A stretch of DNA of 64,000 bases. It comes from Mobula hypostoma. Lineage: Eukaryota. The stretch lies in NCBI RefSeq assembly GCF_963921235.1, contig NC_086097.1, positions 25,298,001-25,362,000 on the forward strand. Reading direction: 5' to 3'. The position numbers and the translations under genes are program-made. The notes under the pieces are model-generated. The model made no database searches, was not told the DNA's origin, and saw only the letters and a list, made by a program, of their open reading frames with translations. Positions 1 through 12,805 of this stretch are shown here, piece after piece (position 1 is the stretch's first letter; every line of letters starts with the position of its first letter).

Positions 1-242
1 AATTGGAACCCACTTGGTGATCCCTGGTGCCATAAAGCATTTGTGCTAACTGCTACTCTACTGTGCCGCCATTGCTGCATTGCCACCCATTAATATATCT
101 TCCGCAACATCTAGACTAAACAAAGCTTAAAGATCTTCCATATACATACTGAACCACAATATATTTATAATTTACACAATTTTTTAACATAATCAAAATG
201 CAACACCTTTATAGATAATGCACATTAATCTGCATCTCAGAT

Positions 243-388
243 TAATGGATTTTTTCCCCATTTAGAAAATAGTATGCACATTTATTTCTACTACAAAAGT
301 GCATGACCATGCATTTTCCAAAATTGTATTTCATTTGCCACTTTCTTGCCCATTCTCCAAATCTGTCCAAGTCCTTCTGCATCCTAAC
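243..388 (-). mobile_element. Old CR1 LINE RT fragment (3' part; continues at 2291-3086)
   Basis: ORF RMQKDLDRFGEWARKWQMKYNFGKCMVMHF...YYFLNGEKI follows directly on the ...KFADDTKISGWPGSVEET fragment at 2291-2475. Confidence 0.85.
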
Positions 389-2290
389 TGGCAGAGAACA
401 TAAAAACTGACTGTAAAAGCTTTTATAGACATGTGAAAAGAACAAGATTGGTTAAGACAAATGTAGATCCCCTACAGACAGAAACAAGTGAATTGATTAT
501 GGGGAGCAAGGACATGGCAGACCAATTGAATAATTACTTTGGTTCTGTCTTCACTAAGGAGGACATAAATAATCTTCCAGAAATAGTAGGGGACAGAGGG
601 TCCAATGAGATGAAGGAACTGAGCGAAATACATGTTAGTAGGGAAGTGGTGTTAGGTAAATTGAAGGGATTAAAGGCAGATAAATCCCCAGGGCCAGATG
701 GTCTGCATCCCAGAGTGCTTAAGGAAGTAGCCCAAGAAATAGTGGATGCATTAGTGATAATTTTTCAAAACTCTTTAGATTCTGGACTAGTTCCTGAGGA
801 TTGGAGGGTGGCTAATGTAACCCCACTTTTTAAAAAAGGAGGGAGAGAGAAACCGGAGAATTATAGACCGGTTAGCCTAACATCGGTGGTGGGGAAAATG
901 CTAGAGTCAGTTATCAAAGATGCGATAACAGCACATTTGGAAAGCAGTGAAATCATTGGACAAAGTCAGCATGGATTTGTGAAAAGAAAATCATGTCTGA
1001 CGAATCTCATAGAATTTTTTGAGGATGTAACTGGTAGAGTGGATAGGGGAGAACCAGTGGATGTGGTATATTTGGATTTTCAAAAGGCTTTTGACAAGGT
1101 CCCTCACAGGAGATTAGTGTGCAAACTTAAAGCGCATGGTATTGGGGGTAAGGGATTGTTGTGGATAGAGAATTGGTTGGCGGACAGGAAGCAAAGAGTG
1201 GGAATAAACGGGACCTTTACAGAATGGCACGCAGTGACTAGTGGGGTACCGCAAGGCTCAGTGCTGGGACCCCAGTTGTTTACAATATATATTAATGACT
1301 TAGATGAGGGAATTAAATGCAGCATCTCCAAGTTTGCGGATGACACGAAGCTGGGCGGCAGTGTTAGCTGTGAGGAGGATGCTAAGAGGATGCAGGGTGA
1401 CTTGGATAGGTTTGGTGAATGGGCAAGTTCATGGCAGATGCAATGTAATGTGAATAAATGTGAGGTTATCCACTTTGGTGGCAAAAACAGGAAAACAGAT
1501 TATTAACGCAAACAACAGGAATTCTGCAGATGCTGGAAATTCAAAACAGATTATTATCTGAATTGTGGCCGATTAGGAAAAGGGGAGGTGCAACGAGACC
1601 TGGGTGTCATTATACACCAGTCATTGAAAGTGGGCATGCAGGTACAGCAGGCGGTGAAAAAGGCGAATGGTATGCTGGCATTCATAGCAAGAGGATTCCA
1701 GTACAGGAGTAGGGAGGTACTACTGCAGTTGTACAAGGCCTTGGTGAGACCACACCTGGAGTATTGTGTGCAGTTTTGGTCCCCTAATCTGAGGAAAGAC
1801 ATTCTTGCCATAGAGGGAGTACAAAGAAGATTCACCAGATTGATTCCTGGGATGGCAGGACTTTCATATGATGAAACACTGGATCAACTAGGCTTATACT
1901 CGTTGGAATTTAGAAGACTGAGGGGGGGATCTTATTGAAACGTATAAAATCCTAAGGGAATTGGACAGGCTAGATGCAGGAAGATTGTTCCCGATGTTGG
2001 AGAAGTCCAGAACGAGGAGTCCTTTGAGGACCGAGATTAGGAAAAACTCCTTCACACAGAGAGTGGTGAATCTGTGGAATTCTCTGCCAAAGAAAACAGT
2101 TGAGGCAAGATCATTGGCTATATTTAAGAGGGAGTTAGATATGGCCCTTGTTGCTAAAGGGATCAGGGGGTATGGAGGAAACGCTGGTACAGGGTTCTGA
2201 GTTGGATGATCAGCCATGATCATACTGAATGGCGGTGCAGGCTCGAAAGGCCGAATGGCCTACTCCTGCACCTATTTTCTATGTTTCTAT
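389..2290 (+). mobile_element. CR1 LINE, 5'-truncated ORF2 (RT) plus 3' UTR
   Basis: [37 protein letters not shown] and KFADDTK motifs; 3' (TTTCTATG)n tail at ~2275-2295; stop created by the 1506-1542 insertion and a frameshift in the G-run at ~1922. Confidence 0.95.
1506..1542 (-). mobile_element. 37-bp Penelope-type terminal fragment with 14-bp TSD
   Basis: AAAACAGATTATTA at 1492-1505 and 1543-1556; the insert matches the PLE terminus (CTGCAGATGCTGGAAAT) seen at 37581 and, inverted, at 49030-49060. Confidence 0.85.
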
Positions 2291-3086
2291 GTTTCCTCAA
2301 CACTACCTGGCCATCCACTAATCTTTGTATCATCTGCAAACTTGGCAACAATTTCATCTATTCCATCATCTAAATCATTTATATACAGCTTAAAAAGAAG
2401 TGGTCCCAACACAGACCCCTGCAGAACACCACTAGTCACTGGCAGCCAACCAGAAAAGGATCCATTTGTTCCCACTCGCTGCCTCCTACTAATCAGCCAA
2501 TGCTCTAATTATGTTAGTAACTTTCCTGTAATTCTATGAACTCTTAACTTGGTAAGCAGCCTCATGTGTGGCACCTTGTCAAAGGCCTTCTGAAAGTCCA
2601 AATATACAACATCCACTACATCCTCTTTATCTATCCTACTTGTAATCTCAAAGTATTCCAGCAAGTTCGTCAGAGAGGATTTTCCCTGAAGGAAACCATG
2701 CTGACTTTGTATTATCTTGTCCTGTGTCACCAAGTACTCCATCACCTCATCCTTAACAATTGACTTTAACATCTTCCCAACCACTGAGGTCAAACTAACT
2801 GGTCCATAATTTCTTTTCTGCTGCCTTCTTCGTTACTTAAAGAGTGGAGCAGCATTTGCAATTTTCCAGTCCTCTGGTACCATGCCAGAGTCCAATGATT
2901 TCTGAAAGATCATTTCTAATACCACAGCAATCTCTAGTGCTACCTCTTTCAGAATCCTAGGATGCAGTTCATCTGGTCCGGGTGACATATGTATTGTACT
3001 TTCAGGTTTCTCCGCTTTTTGAGCACCTTTTCTCTCGCACACACTTCTCTTTCTTCACACACTACACCATAAGGCATATTGCTAGT
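2291..3086 (-). mobile_element. Old CR1 LINE RT fragment
   Basis: [38 protein letters not shown] and KFADDTK in broken frames. Confidence 0.9.
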
Positions 3087-3307
3087 GTTCTATAACCATA
3101 TAACAATTACAGCACGGAAACAGGCCATCTCGGCCCTTCTAGTCCGTGCCGAACTCTTACTCTCACCTAGTCCCACCGACCTGCACTCAGCCCATAACCC
3201 TCCATTCCTTTCCTGTCTGTATAGCTGTCCAATTTAACTTTAAACGACAACATCGAACCTGCCTCAACCACTTCTGCTGGAAGCTCTTTCCACACAGCTA
3301 CCACTCT

Positions 3308-5955
3308 CTAAGTAAAGAAGTTCCCCCTCTTGTTACCCCTAAACTTTTGCCCTTTAACTCTCAACTCATGTCCTCTTGTTTGAATCTCCCCCACTCTCAA
3401 TGGAAAACGCCTATCCACGTCAACTCTATCTATCCCCCTCATAATTTTAAATAACTCTATCAAGTCCCCCTTCATCCTTCTACGTTCCAAAGAATAAAGA
3501 CCCAACTTGTTCAACCTTTCTCTGTAACTTAGTGATGAAACCCAGGTAACATTCTAGTAAATCTTCTCTGTACTCTCTCTATTTTGTTGGCATCTTTCCT
3601 ATAATTCGGTGACCAAAACTGTACACAATACTCCGAATTTGGCCTCACCAATGCCTTGTACAATTTCAACATTACCTCCCAACTCCTATACTCAGTGCTC
3701 TGATTTATAAAGGCCAGCATACCAAAAGCTTTCTTCATCACCCTATCCACATGAGATTCCACCTTCAGGGAACTATGCACCATTATCTCTGGATCCCTCT
3801 GTTCTACTGCATCCTTCAATGCCCTAACATTTACCATGTATGTCCTATTTTGATTAGTCCTACCAAAATGTAGCACCTCACATTTATCAGCATTAAACTC
3901 CACCTGCCGTCTTTCAGCCCACTCTTCTAACTGGCCTAAATCTCTCTGCAAGCTTTGAAAACCTACTTCATTATCCACAACTCCACCTATCTTAGTATCA
4001 TCTGCATACTTACTCATCCAATTTACCACTCCATCATCCAAATCATTAATGTATATGACAAACAACATTGGACCCAGTACAGATCCCTGAGGCACACCAC
4101 TAGTCACTGGCCTCCAATCTGAGAAACAGTTATCCACCACCACTCTCTGGCATCTCCCATCCGGCCACTGCTGAATCCATTTTACTACTTCAATATTAAT
4201 ACCTAATGATTGAAGCTTCCTAACTAACCTTCCGTGTGGAACCTTGTCAAAGGCCTTACTGAAGTCCATATAGACAACATCCACTACTTTACCCTCGTCA
4301 ACTTTCCTAGTAACCTCTTCAAAAAATTCAATAAGATTTGTCAAACATGACCTTCCACGCACAAATCCATGTTGACTGTTCCTAATCAGACTCTGTCTAT
4401 CCAGATAATTATATATACCATCTCTAAGAATACTTTCCATCAATTTACCCACCAATGACGTCAAACTCACAGGCCGATAATTGCTAGGTTTACTCTTAGA
4501 ACACTTTTTAAACAATGGAAAAACATCAGCAATACGCCAATCCTCCGGCACCATCCCCATTTCTAATGACATTTGAAATGTTTCTGTCAGAGCCCCTGCT
4601 ACTTCCACACTAACTTCCCTCAAGGTCCTAGGAAATATCCTGTCAGGACCCGGAGACTTATCCACCTTTATATTCCTTAAAAGCTCCAGTACTTCCTCTT
4701 TAATCATCATAGTTTCCATAACTTCCCTACCCATTTCCCTTAACTTACACAATTCAATATCCTTCTCCTTAGTGAATACCGAAGAAAAGAAATTGTTCAG
4801 AATCTCCCCCATCTCTTTTGGCTCCACACATAGCTGTCCACTCTGATTCTCTAAGGGATCAGATTTTATCCCTCACTATCTTTTTGCTATTAATATAACT
4901 GCGGAAACCCTTTGGATTTATTTTCACCTTACTTGCCAAAGCAACCTCATATCTTCTTTTAGTTTTTCTAATTTCTTTCTTAAGATTCTTTTTACATTCC
5001 GTATATTCCTCGAGCACCTCATTTACTCCATGCTGCCTATATTTATTGTAGTTATCTCTCTTTTTCCAAACCAAGTTTCCAATATAGCTCGAAAACCATG
5101 GCTCTCTCAAACCTTTAACCTTTCCTTTCAACCTAACAGGAACATAAAGATTCTGTACTCTCAAAATTTCACCTTTAAATTACCTCCATTTCTCTATTAC
5201 ATTCTTCCCATAAAACAAATGTCCCAATCCACTCCTAAATCCTTTCGCATCTCCTCAAAGTTAGCCTTTCTTCAATCAAAAATCTCAACCCTGGGTCCAG
5301 ACCTATTCTTCTCCATAATTATATTGAAACTAATAGCATTGTGATCACTGGACCCAAAGTGCTCCCCAACACAAACCTCCGTCACCTGACCTATCTCATT
5401 CCCTAACAGGAGATCCAACACTACCCCTTCTCTGGTTGGTACCTCTATGTATTGCTGCAAAAAATTATCCTGCACAAATTTTACAAACTCCAAACCATCC
5501 AGCCCTTTTACAGTTTGGGCTTCCCAGTCTATGTGTGGAAAATTAAAATCTCCCACAATCACAACCTTGTGCTTACTACAAACATCTGCTATCTCCTTAC
5601 ATATTTGCTCCTCCAATTCTCGCTCCCCATTTGGTGGTCTACAAACACCCCTATAAGTATTACTACACCTTTCCCATTCCTCAATTCCATCCAAATAGCC
5701 TCCCTAGACGAGCCCTCTAATCTATCCTGCCAGAGTACCGCTGTAATATTTTCTCTGACAAGCAATGCAACACCTCCCCCTCTTGTCCCTCCGATTCTAT
5801 CACACCTGAAGCAACGAAATCCAGGAATATTTAGTTGCCAATCGCACCCCTCCTGTAACCATGTTTCACTAATAGCTACCACATCATACTTCCAGGTATT
5901 AATCCATGCTTTAAGCTCATCCACCTTTCTTATAATGCTCCTAGCATTAAAATAA
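3308..5955 (-). pseudogene. CR1 ORF2p (APE endonuclease + reverse transcriptase), disrupted
   Basis: 432-aa RT ORF with [19 protein letters not shown] and YADD; upstream endonuclease split across frames. Confidence 0.9.
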
Positions 5956-6141
5956 ATGCATTTAAGAAACTTTCCACCTCTTACTCTCTGTTTATCACTA
6001 ATGGTGCAAACAACTTTCCTATTTTCTTTTTCTTCTTTCTTCCCTACATCTGTTCCTACACTCTGGTTCCCCTCCCCCCTTGTATCTAGTTTAAATCCAC
6101 TGGAGCCTCTCTACCTGCAAGAATATTTGTCCTGCTCCAGT

Positions 6142-6990
6142 TCAGATGTAGACCATCCCGCCAGAACAGTTCCCACCTTCCTTGGAAAAGTGCCCAATAT
6201 CTATAAATCTGAAGCCCTCCCTCCTGCACCATGTCTTCAGCCACGTGTTGATCTGTGCCATCTTACTATTTCTGAACCCGCTTGCATGTGGCACTGGTAG
6301 CAATCCTGAGATTGCTATCCTGGAGGTCCTGTCCTTTAACTTGGTGCCTAACTCCCTAAACTCACCTTTCAGGACATCCTCACTCTTCCTACCCACGTCA
6401 TTGGTCCCTACATGGACCACGACATCCGGCTGCTCACCCTCCGTCTTGAGAATACCGAGAACTCGATCCGAGATATCACGGACCTTGGCACCAGGGAGGC
6501 AACAGACCATCCGGGATTCTCGATCTCTTCCACAGAGCCTCTTATCTGTCCCCCTAACTATTGAATCCCCTATCACTACTGCTCTCCTCTTTTCCCTCCT
6601 TCCCTTCTGAGTTGAGGGTCCCATCTCGGTGCCAGAGAGGCAACCACTGCAACTTGTCCTTAGTAGGTCGTCACCATCAACAGTATCCAAAATGATGTAC
6701 TTATTATTGGTGGGAATGGCCACAGGGGTGCTCTGCTCATTCTGTCTATTCCCCTTCCCTCTCCGGACAGTCACCCAGCTACCTGTCTCCTGACTCTTAA
6801 GGGTGACTATCTCCCTGTAACTCCTCTCTATTTCTGTCTCTGCCTCCCGAATGATCCAAAGTTCATCCAGCTCCAGCTCCAGTTCCCTAACTCGGTTTGT
6901 CAGGAGCTGCAGCTGGATGCACCTTTCGCAGGTGTAGTTATCAGGGACAATCGTGCTCGCCCTGACTTCCCACATCCTGCAAACGGAGCA
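6142..6990 (-). pseudogene. CR1 ORF1p: Zn-finger/leucine zipper plus SGNH/GDSL esterase domain
   Basis: YTCERC-QLQLLTNRVRELELELDEL, then VIGDSIVRG, LPGAKV and VVHVGTND esterase blocks. Confidence 0.85.
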
Positions 6991-7156
6991 CTCAACTGCC
7001 CTAACTGCTGCCTACTCTTAAGGTAATTAGGTTTATTAAAGATTTATTTATATCCTCTTCAATCTTCTTCATTTCGAATGATCAAAAGGCAGAGATTCCT
7101 ATGGGTTGGCAAAGATGTTTTCTTTTTCAGAAATACTTCAAAAAGAGCCTGCAGCT

Positions 7157-7390
7157 AAAGTTCAAAGTAAATTTATTATCAAAGTACATATATATCACCA
7201 TATACAACCCAGAGGTTCATTTTCCTGCAGGCATACTCAGCAATCTATAGAATAGTAATTATAATAGATCAATGAAAGATAAACCATAGTGCAGCAGACA
7301 ACAAACTGTGCAAATGCAAATATAAATAAATAGCAATAAATAACAACGTGAAATAAAGAGTCTATTGGTTGTGGGAACATCACAATGGCT
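7157..7390 (-). mobile_element. Rex1/Babar-type LINE 3' UTR/tail
   Basis: AAGTTCAAAGTAAATTTATT... tail repeated at 8606, 15282, 34300, 40283, 41783, 50530 and (plus strand) 62900. Confidence 0.7.
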
Positions 7391-7396
7391 GGGCAA

Positions 7397-7865
7397 CCTC
7401 TCACTCAATGTCAGCAAGACAAAGAACTGACTGTAGACTTCAGGAGAGAGAAATCAGAGATCCGTGAGTTAGTACTAATCGGAGGATAGGAGATGTAGAG
7501 GGTTAGCAACTTTAAATTCCTATGTATTACTATTTCAGAGGACCTTTCTGGACCAAGCACATAAGTACAATTGCAAAGCAAACACAGCGGTGCTTCTACT
7601 TCCTTAGGAGTCTGTGGAGATTTGGCATTACATCTAAAACTTAGACAAACTTCTATAGTTGTGTAGTGGAGGGTGTATTGACTGGCTGCTTCACAGCCTG
7701 GTAAGGAAACACCAATGCCTTTAAATGCAAAATCCTACAAAAGGTAGTGGATTTAGCTCAGTACATCGCGGATAAAACCCTCCCAACTATTGAGCACATC
7801 TACATGTAACACTATCAAAGGAAAGCAGCATCCCTCATCAGAGATCACTACCACCCAGACCATGA
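7397..7865 (+). mobile_element. Rex1/Babar LINE RT C-terminal fragment
   Basis: Degenerate LSLNVSKTKEL..DFR, FKFL and TNFYSCVVE..LTGC motifs. Confidence 0.75.
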
Positions 7866-8094
7866 GTCATAGAGGGATGTTGAGCCAGGTTGGGATTTTT
7901 GATAAGAGTACTGGGGAATAGGGGGCGATCTTATAAAATGTGTATGTACAGGTGGACTTGGTTTATAATAGACTAAAAATTCAAGTGTTCATAAGACTGA
8001 TGGCATACAGAAAGAAACTGTTCTTGTACCTATTTGTCCTGGCATACAGTGATCTAAAGCGCCTACCAGAAGGAAGGAGTATATATAAGGAGAA

Positions 8095-8415
8095 TACACT
8101 CAGACTTTTTCTCAGGTTGGGGAATCAAGAACTGGAGGGCATAAGGTTAGGGTGAGAAGGGAAATATTCAATAGGGACCAGAGGGGTAGCTTTATCACCC
8201 AACGGGATGTCATTAAATGGAATAAGCTGTCAGAGCAAATGGTAGAGGAAGATGCATTAAGAATATTTAAAGTACACTTGGACAGGTCTATAAATATGAG
8301 AAGTATTGAGGGATATAGGCCAGGTCAAACAAATGGGACTAACTGAGATGGAAATCCAGGTTAGCATTGACCAGTTGCCATAGCACCTGTTTCCATGTTG
8401 AATGACTCTAAGATG
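8095..8415 (+). mobile_element. CR1 3' end fragment
   Basis: R.SFITQR..IKWNKL motif and CR1-type 3' UTR. Confidence 0.7.
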
Positions 8416-8834
8416 TGACTGCTATGGCTTGAGTTTGAACTCCACCTTGGTAGGGAGAGAATTTAAACTGAATCAACTAAATAAATCTGGAATAATATTA
8501 TGCTTCAGCTGTAGTAATCATAAAACTACTGTATTATCTTATAAATCCATCGTTCATCAATGCCCTCAAGAGAAGGAAAAGTGTCTTCCATACCTACCAG
8601 GGTCTAAAGTTCAAAGTAAATTTATTGTCAAGGTACATACATATACTATAATTTTTACTTTGAACTTTGAAGCAATAGTCACCCTTGGGAAAGAGATTCT
8701 CAACATCTATACCACCAGTCAGTATATTGTATGTTCCAATGAATCACCATTCCTTCCTTTAAACCTCTGTCACACTCTGTAAAAGAGAAGAAACTTCTTT
8801 TTCTGCACTGCAGTTCCCTGTGTGTCAGATTCCA

Positions 8835-8965
8835 AAAGTAATTTACAGTCAGTAAATTAACTCTGAAATGCAGTCAATACTGTACCACAGGAAACAAGGC
8901 AAGCAATTTACATGCTGAAAGCCCCCACAACCTGTAATGTGATGATAACCAAATCATCCATTTTA
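8835..8965 (-). mobile_element. Ancient Deu-domain SINE (SacSINE1/AmnSINE-like) remnant
   Basis: Resembles the Deu core as I recall it; similar remnants at 16735-16825, 17105-17185, 41660-41740 and 63340-63500. Confidence 0.5.
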
Positions 8966-9195
8966 ACAGGCAAACTCAAGAGACTGTTGATTTTGGAAGC
9001 AGGAGCAACAAACCATCCGCTGGAGGAACTCAATGAGTTGGAGAATGTTTTGGGCTGAAAGTCTACATCAGAATAAGCATCAACAGGGGAAATGGCCAGT
9101 AGAGAGAAAGGGGATGGGTAGGGAAGAGGTGAGGAAAGCTGTTGAAGTTGATTAGTGGACTGACAGGGAGTGAGGAATGATGAGTAGATGAATAA

Positions 9196-9373
9196 ACACA
9201 AGAGGTTCTGGAGATGCTGGAAATCCAGAGTAACATATACAAAATGCTGGAGGAAATCAGCGGTTCAGACAGCATCTATGGAGATAGAGGGTCTCGTCCA
9301 AATCACTGAACATTTATTCCTCTCTATAGGTTCTGCCTGACCTGCTGAGTTCCTTCAGCATTTTGTGTGTGTT
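9196..9373. mobile_element. Penelope-derived fold-back element (degenerate)
   Basis: AAATGCTGGAGGAA.TCAGC...GCTGAGTTCC.TCAGCATTTT inverted arms. Confidence 0.7.
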
Positions 9374-9822
9374 GGGCAAATGAAGTCAAGTGAAGGAGGA
9401 ACTGGGATCGACTTGTGACTCAAGCAAACAAAATCGCAAATCATAAAATGGTGCCATTTAGGGGCGACTCATTGCGAGCAGCTCCGAAGGGAAACATCAA
9501 ATATTCCCGTTCAAGACCACTATAGCTGAAATCCACATCACGGCTATGGGTAAGCAACATCATTTTAAGACATTTAAAAAATCTACCATGCCTATAAAAA
9601 AAGCATTCACCCCCTTGTAATTTTTCATGTTTTATTGCTTTACAACATTGAATCACAATGGATATAATTTGGCTTTTTTTGGACACTGATTAACAGAAAA
9701 AGACTCTTTTGTGTCAAAGTGAAAACCAATCTCTACAGAATGATCTAAATTAATTATAAATATAAAACACAAAAAAATTGATTGCATAATTACTCACCCC
9801 TTCAAGTCAGGATTTAGTAGAT

Positions 9823-9908
9823 GCAACACACAAAAATGCTGGAGGAACTCAGCTGGCCAGGCAGCATCTGGGGAAAAGAGTACAGTCAACGTTTCAGGCC
9901 GAAACCTT
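9823..9908 (-). mobile_element. Penelope pLTR fragment inserted in Tc1
   Basis: Minus strand reads GGCCTGAAACGTTGACTG...GATGCTGCCTGGCC. Confidence 0.75.
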
Positions 9909-10801
9909 CCTTTGGCAGCAGTTACAGCCTTGAGTCTATGTGGATAGGTCTCTATCAGCCTTACACATCTGGACACTGCAATGTTTCTCCATTCTTCTTA
10001 CAAAACTGCTGAAACTCTGCCAGATTGCATGGGGATCGTGAGTGAACAGCCCTTTTCAAGTCCAGCCACAAATTTTCAATTGGATTGAGGTCTGGACTCT
10101 GACTTGGCTACTCCAGGACATTAACTTTGTTGTTTTTAAGCCATTCCTGTGTAGCTTTGGCTTTATGCTTAGGGTCATTGGCTTGCTGGAAAGCAAATTT
10201 TCTCCAAGTTGTAGTTCTCTTGCAGTCTGCATCAAGTTTTCCTCCAGGATTTCCCTGCATAATTTTACCCTCTACCTTCACAAGCCTTCCAGGGCCTGCT
10301 GCAGTGAAGCATCCCCACAGCGTGATACAGCCAACACCATGCTTCACGGTACAGATGATGTATTTTTGATGATATGCGGTGTTTGGCTTACACCAAACAA
10401 AGGGTTTACTCTGATGGCTAAAAAGCTAAATTTTTGTTTCATCAGACCATGGAACGTTCTTCCAGCTGACCTCAGTCGCCCACATGCCTTCTTTCAAACT
10501 CTAGCCAAGATTTCATGCGAGTTTTTTTCAACAGCAGCTTTCTCTTTGCCACCCCCCCATAAAGCTGTGACTGGTGAAGCACGCGGGGAATATGCACAGT
10601 CTCTCCCATCTCAGTCACTGAAGCTTGTAACTCCTCCAGAGTTGTCATAGGTCCCTTGGTGGTCTCCCTCAATAGTCCCCTTCTTGCACGGTCACTCAGT
10701 TTTTGAGGACAGCCTTTTCTAGGCAGATTTACAGCTGTGTCATATAATTTCCATTTCTTGATGATTGACTTAACTGTACTCCAAGGGATATTCAGTGACT
10801 T

Positions 10802-11630
10802 AAGGGTCGGGGCAAAGTGATGACGGTGCGAAACGGCGAGTCCTTTGCTTGCATTTTCGGAAACAGCTCTATTTCTATCTTTGATATCTTTTTTTTAATT
10901 CTTTTCAACGTTTTTTTGAAGACCCTGACCTGGAGTTACACTCTGACTTCGGTTTTTTGCAGGAATGGGAGCCACTCTCAGGGCCTCACGGCCTCACCAG
11001 CTGCCATTTGATATCCCAAGGATGTGGGCTGGAAGACTAGCATGCATTCAGGTTGCCAGAATTTTGTGGCTCTGGAAACAGGCGATTCGAGGCTGGTGCC
11101 CCTGACTGAGGTGTCGAAGGAGAACACGGAACATTGGGAGCAGCCGTTAGCTGCCATGGGCTGTGTGTCCAGAGACCTGAGCTTTATGGGCGCAGAGCTC
11201 AGAAAATGTGACACAACAGACTTTAAACATCATAAATCAGCGAGTTGTTTGTTATATCTCTTCCCTCGCTGTGAAATGGGGACACTTCTTTTTCTCCTAG
11301 GGAGAGAGAGAGCCTGTGGTATGTCGAACTACCAAATGAATGAGTAGTCTTTGGGACACTGCAAGTCTGTGTTTTTATTGATGCTTTGCTGCGCGCTTGA
11401 GTGCTCAGTGGGGGCACCGATGCTTTTTTGCTGGTGGGGAGGGGGGAGGTGTCATTACCTTGCTGCTGCTTGTGCATGGGAGGGGGTAGCTCGGGGGGGG
11501 TGGCTTTGGGGTTCTAATATTTAACTGTCATTCATTCTTTGGGGCACCTCTCTGTTTTTGTGGATGTTTGCGAAGAAAAGGAATTTCAGGATGTATATTG
11601 TATACATTTTTCTGACATAAGATAAACCTG
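10802..11630 (+). mobile_element. Unclassified non-autonomous retroposon inserted in the Tc1 transposase
   Basis: Tc1 coding sequence is split at GTGACT|TGGAAAT; the insert is relatively CpG-rich, non-coding, with a LINE-like 3' tail (CATTTTTCTGACATAAGATAAAC). Confidence 0.65.
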
Positions 11631-12129
11631 TTGGAAATTTTCTTGTATCCATCTCTTGATTTGCGCTTTTCAATAACCTCTCTGCGGAGTTGCTTGGAGT
11701 GTTCTTTTGTCTTCATGGTGTAGTTTTTGACAGAATACTGACTCACCAACAGTTGGACCTTCCAGATACAGGTGTATTTTTACTACAATCAATTGAAACA
11801 CCTTGACTGCACACAGGTGATCTCCATTTAACTAATTATATAACTTCTAAAACCGATTGGCTGCACCGGAGGATATCTGGTGTGTCATATTCAAGGGGGT
11901 GAATACTTATACAATCAATTATTTCATGTTTTATAGTGTAATTAATTTAGATCACTTTGTAGAAGTCTGTTAACACGTTAACACTTTTTCTGTTGATCAG
12001 TATCAAAAACACCAAATTAAATCCACTGTGATTCAATGTTGTAAAACAGTAAAACATAAAAACTTCTGGGGGGGAGTGGGTGAATACTTTTTATAGGCAC
12101 TGTATCTATACTCAAAATCAATGGATGCC

Positions 12130-12805
12130 GGACTGCAGACTCAGGAAGCAAATGCGGTTACCCTTTAAGAGAAAGGAAGCGAGGAAAGCATGCTGAGCTT
12201 CAAGTAAGATCGAAATGCAGAGGTTTTGGACTCTCTCTCCCAACTATCCTGCTGGTGAATGGACAGTCTCTGGAAAATAAAAATGAAGACCTCAGGGAAA
12301 GATTGCTGTACCAGAGAGAGACACCAGGAATGTTGTGTACTTTGCTTCAGGGAAACATGGCTATTACCTGCTAGTTCACCATTCACAATAAGGACAAGTC
12401 AGCTCAGTCTTTTAAAGGCAGAGGAGATGGTGTATGCTTTATAATTAACTCAACATCATCCTTTATATCTGCCGAGGGACATTTCCACCATCATCCTGGT
12501 AGCAGTGTACATTCCACCTCAGGCCAACATATAGCAGGCACTAGAGGAGCTAAGCTCCATAATCTGCAGGCACAAAAGAGTGTACCCTGATGCCTTCCCT
12601 ATCATTCTGGGGGATTTGAACCAGGACAGCTTGAAGAAGTGTTTGAACAACTACCACCAACATATCACCTGTGGAACCAGAGGAGCCAACACGTTTGATC
12701 ACTGTTATACCACCATCAAGAACGCTTACTGTGCCATCCCACACCCAATGTTTAGAAAGTCCAACCACCTGGCTGTACTTCAACTCCTAGCATATAGGCA
12801 GAAAG
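12130..12805 (+). mobile_element. Rex1/Babar LINE 5' endonuclease fragment
   Basis: CCVLCFRETWL, AVYIPPQA, YPDAFPIILGDLNQ and TRGANTFDHCYT. Confidence 0.85.

Larger units (their letters stand above)
3087..7015 (-). mobile_element. Near full-length CR1 LINE (ORF1 + ORF2, both frameshifted)
   Basis: ORF1 at 6142-6975; APE endonuclease at 5272-5955 (VAISETW, GGGVAL, IVGDFN, LDLLL, SDH); RT at 3529-4827; 3' UTR with short-repeat tail near 3090. Confidence 0.95.
9586..12102 (-). mobile_element. Tc1/mariner transposon, IR/DR type, defective transposase
   Basis: TA flanks (9584-85, 12103-04); ~220-bp TIRs with inner and outer TCACCCC repeats; MKTKEHSKQLR..VIEK, KHG.G.ITLWGCF, FQQ.NDPKH, PSQSPDLNPIENLW and YPHRLKAV.AAKG. 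Confidence 0.92.

Noticed and set aside
433..1506. 357-aa ORF as a functional host gene or bacterial-type RT (retron, DGR, group II intron)
   Set aside because: The motifs, C-terminal extension and 3' tail are those of a CR1 LINE; the ORF is 5'-truncated and interrupted.
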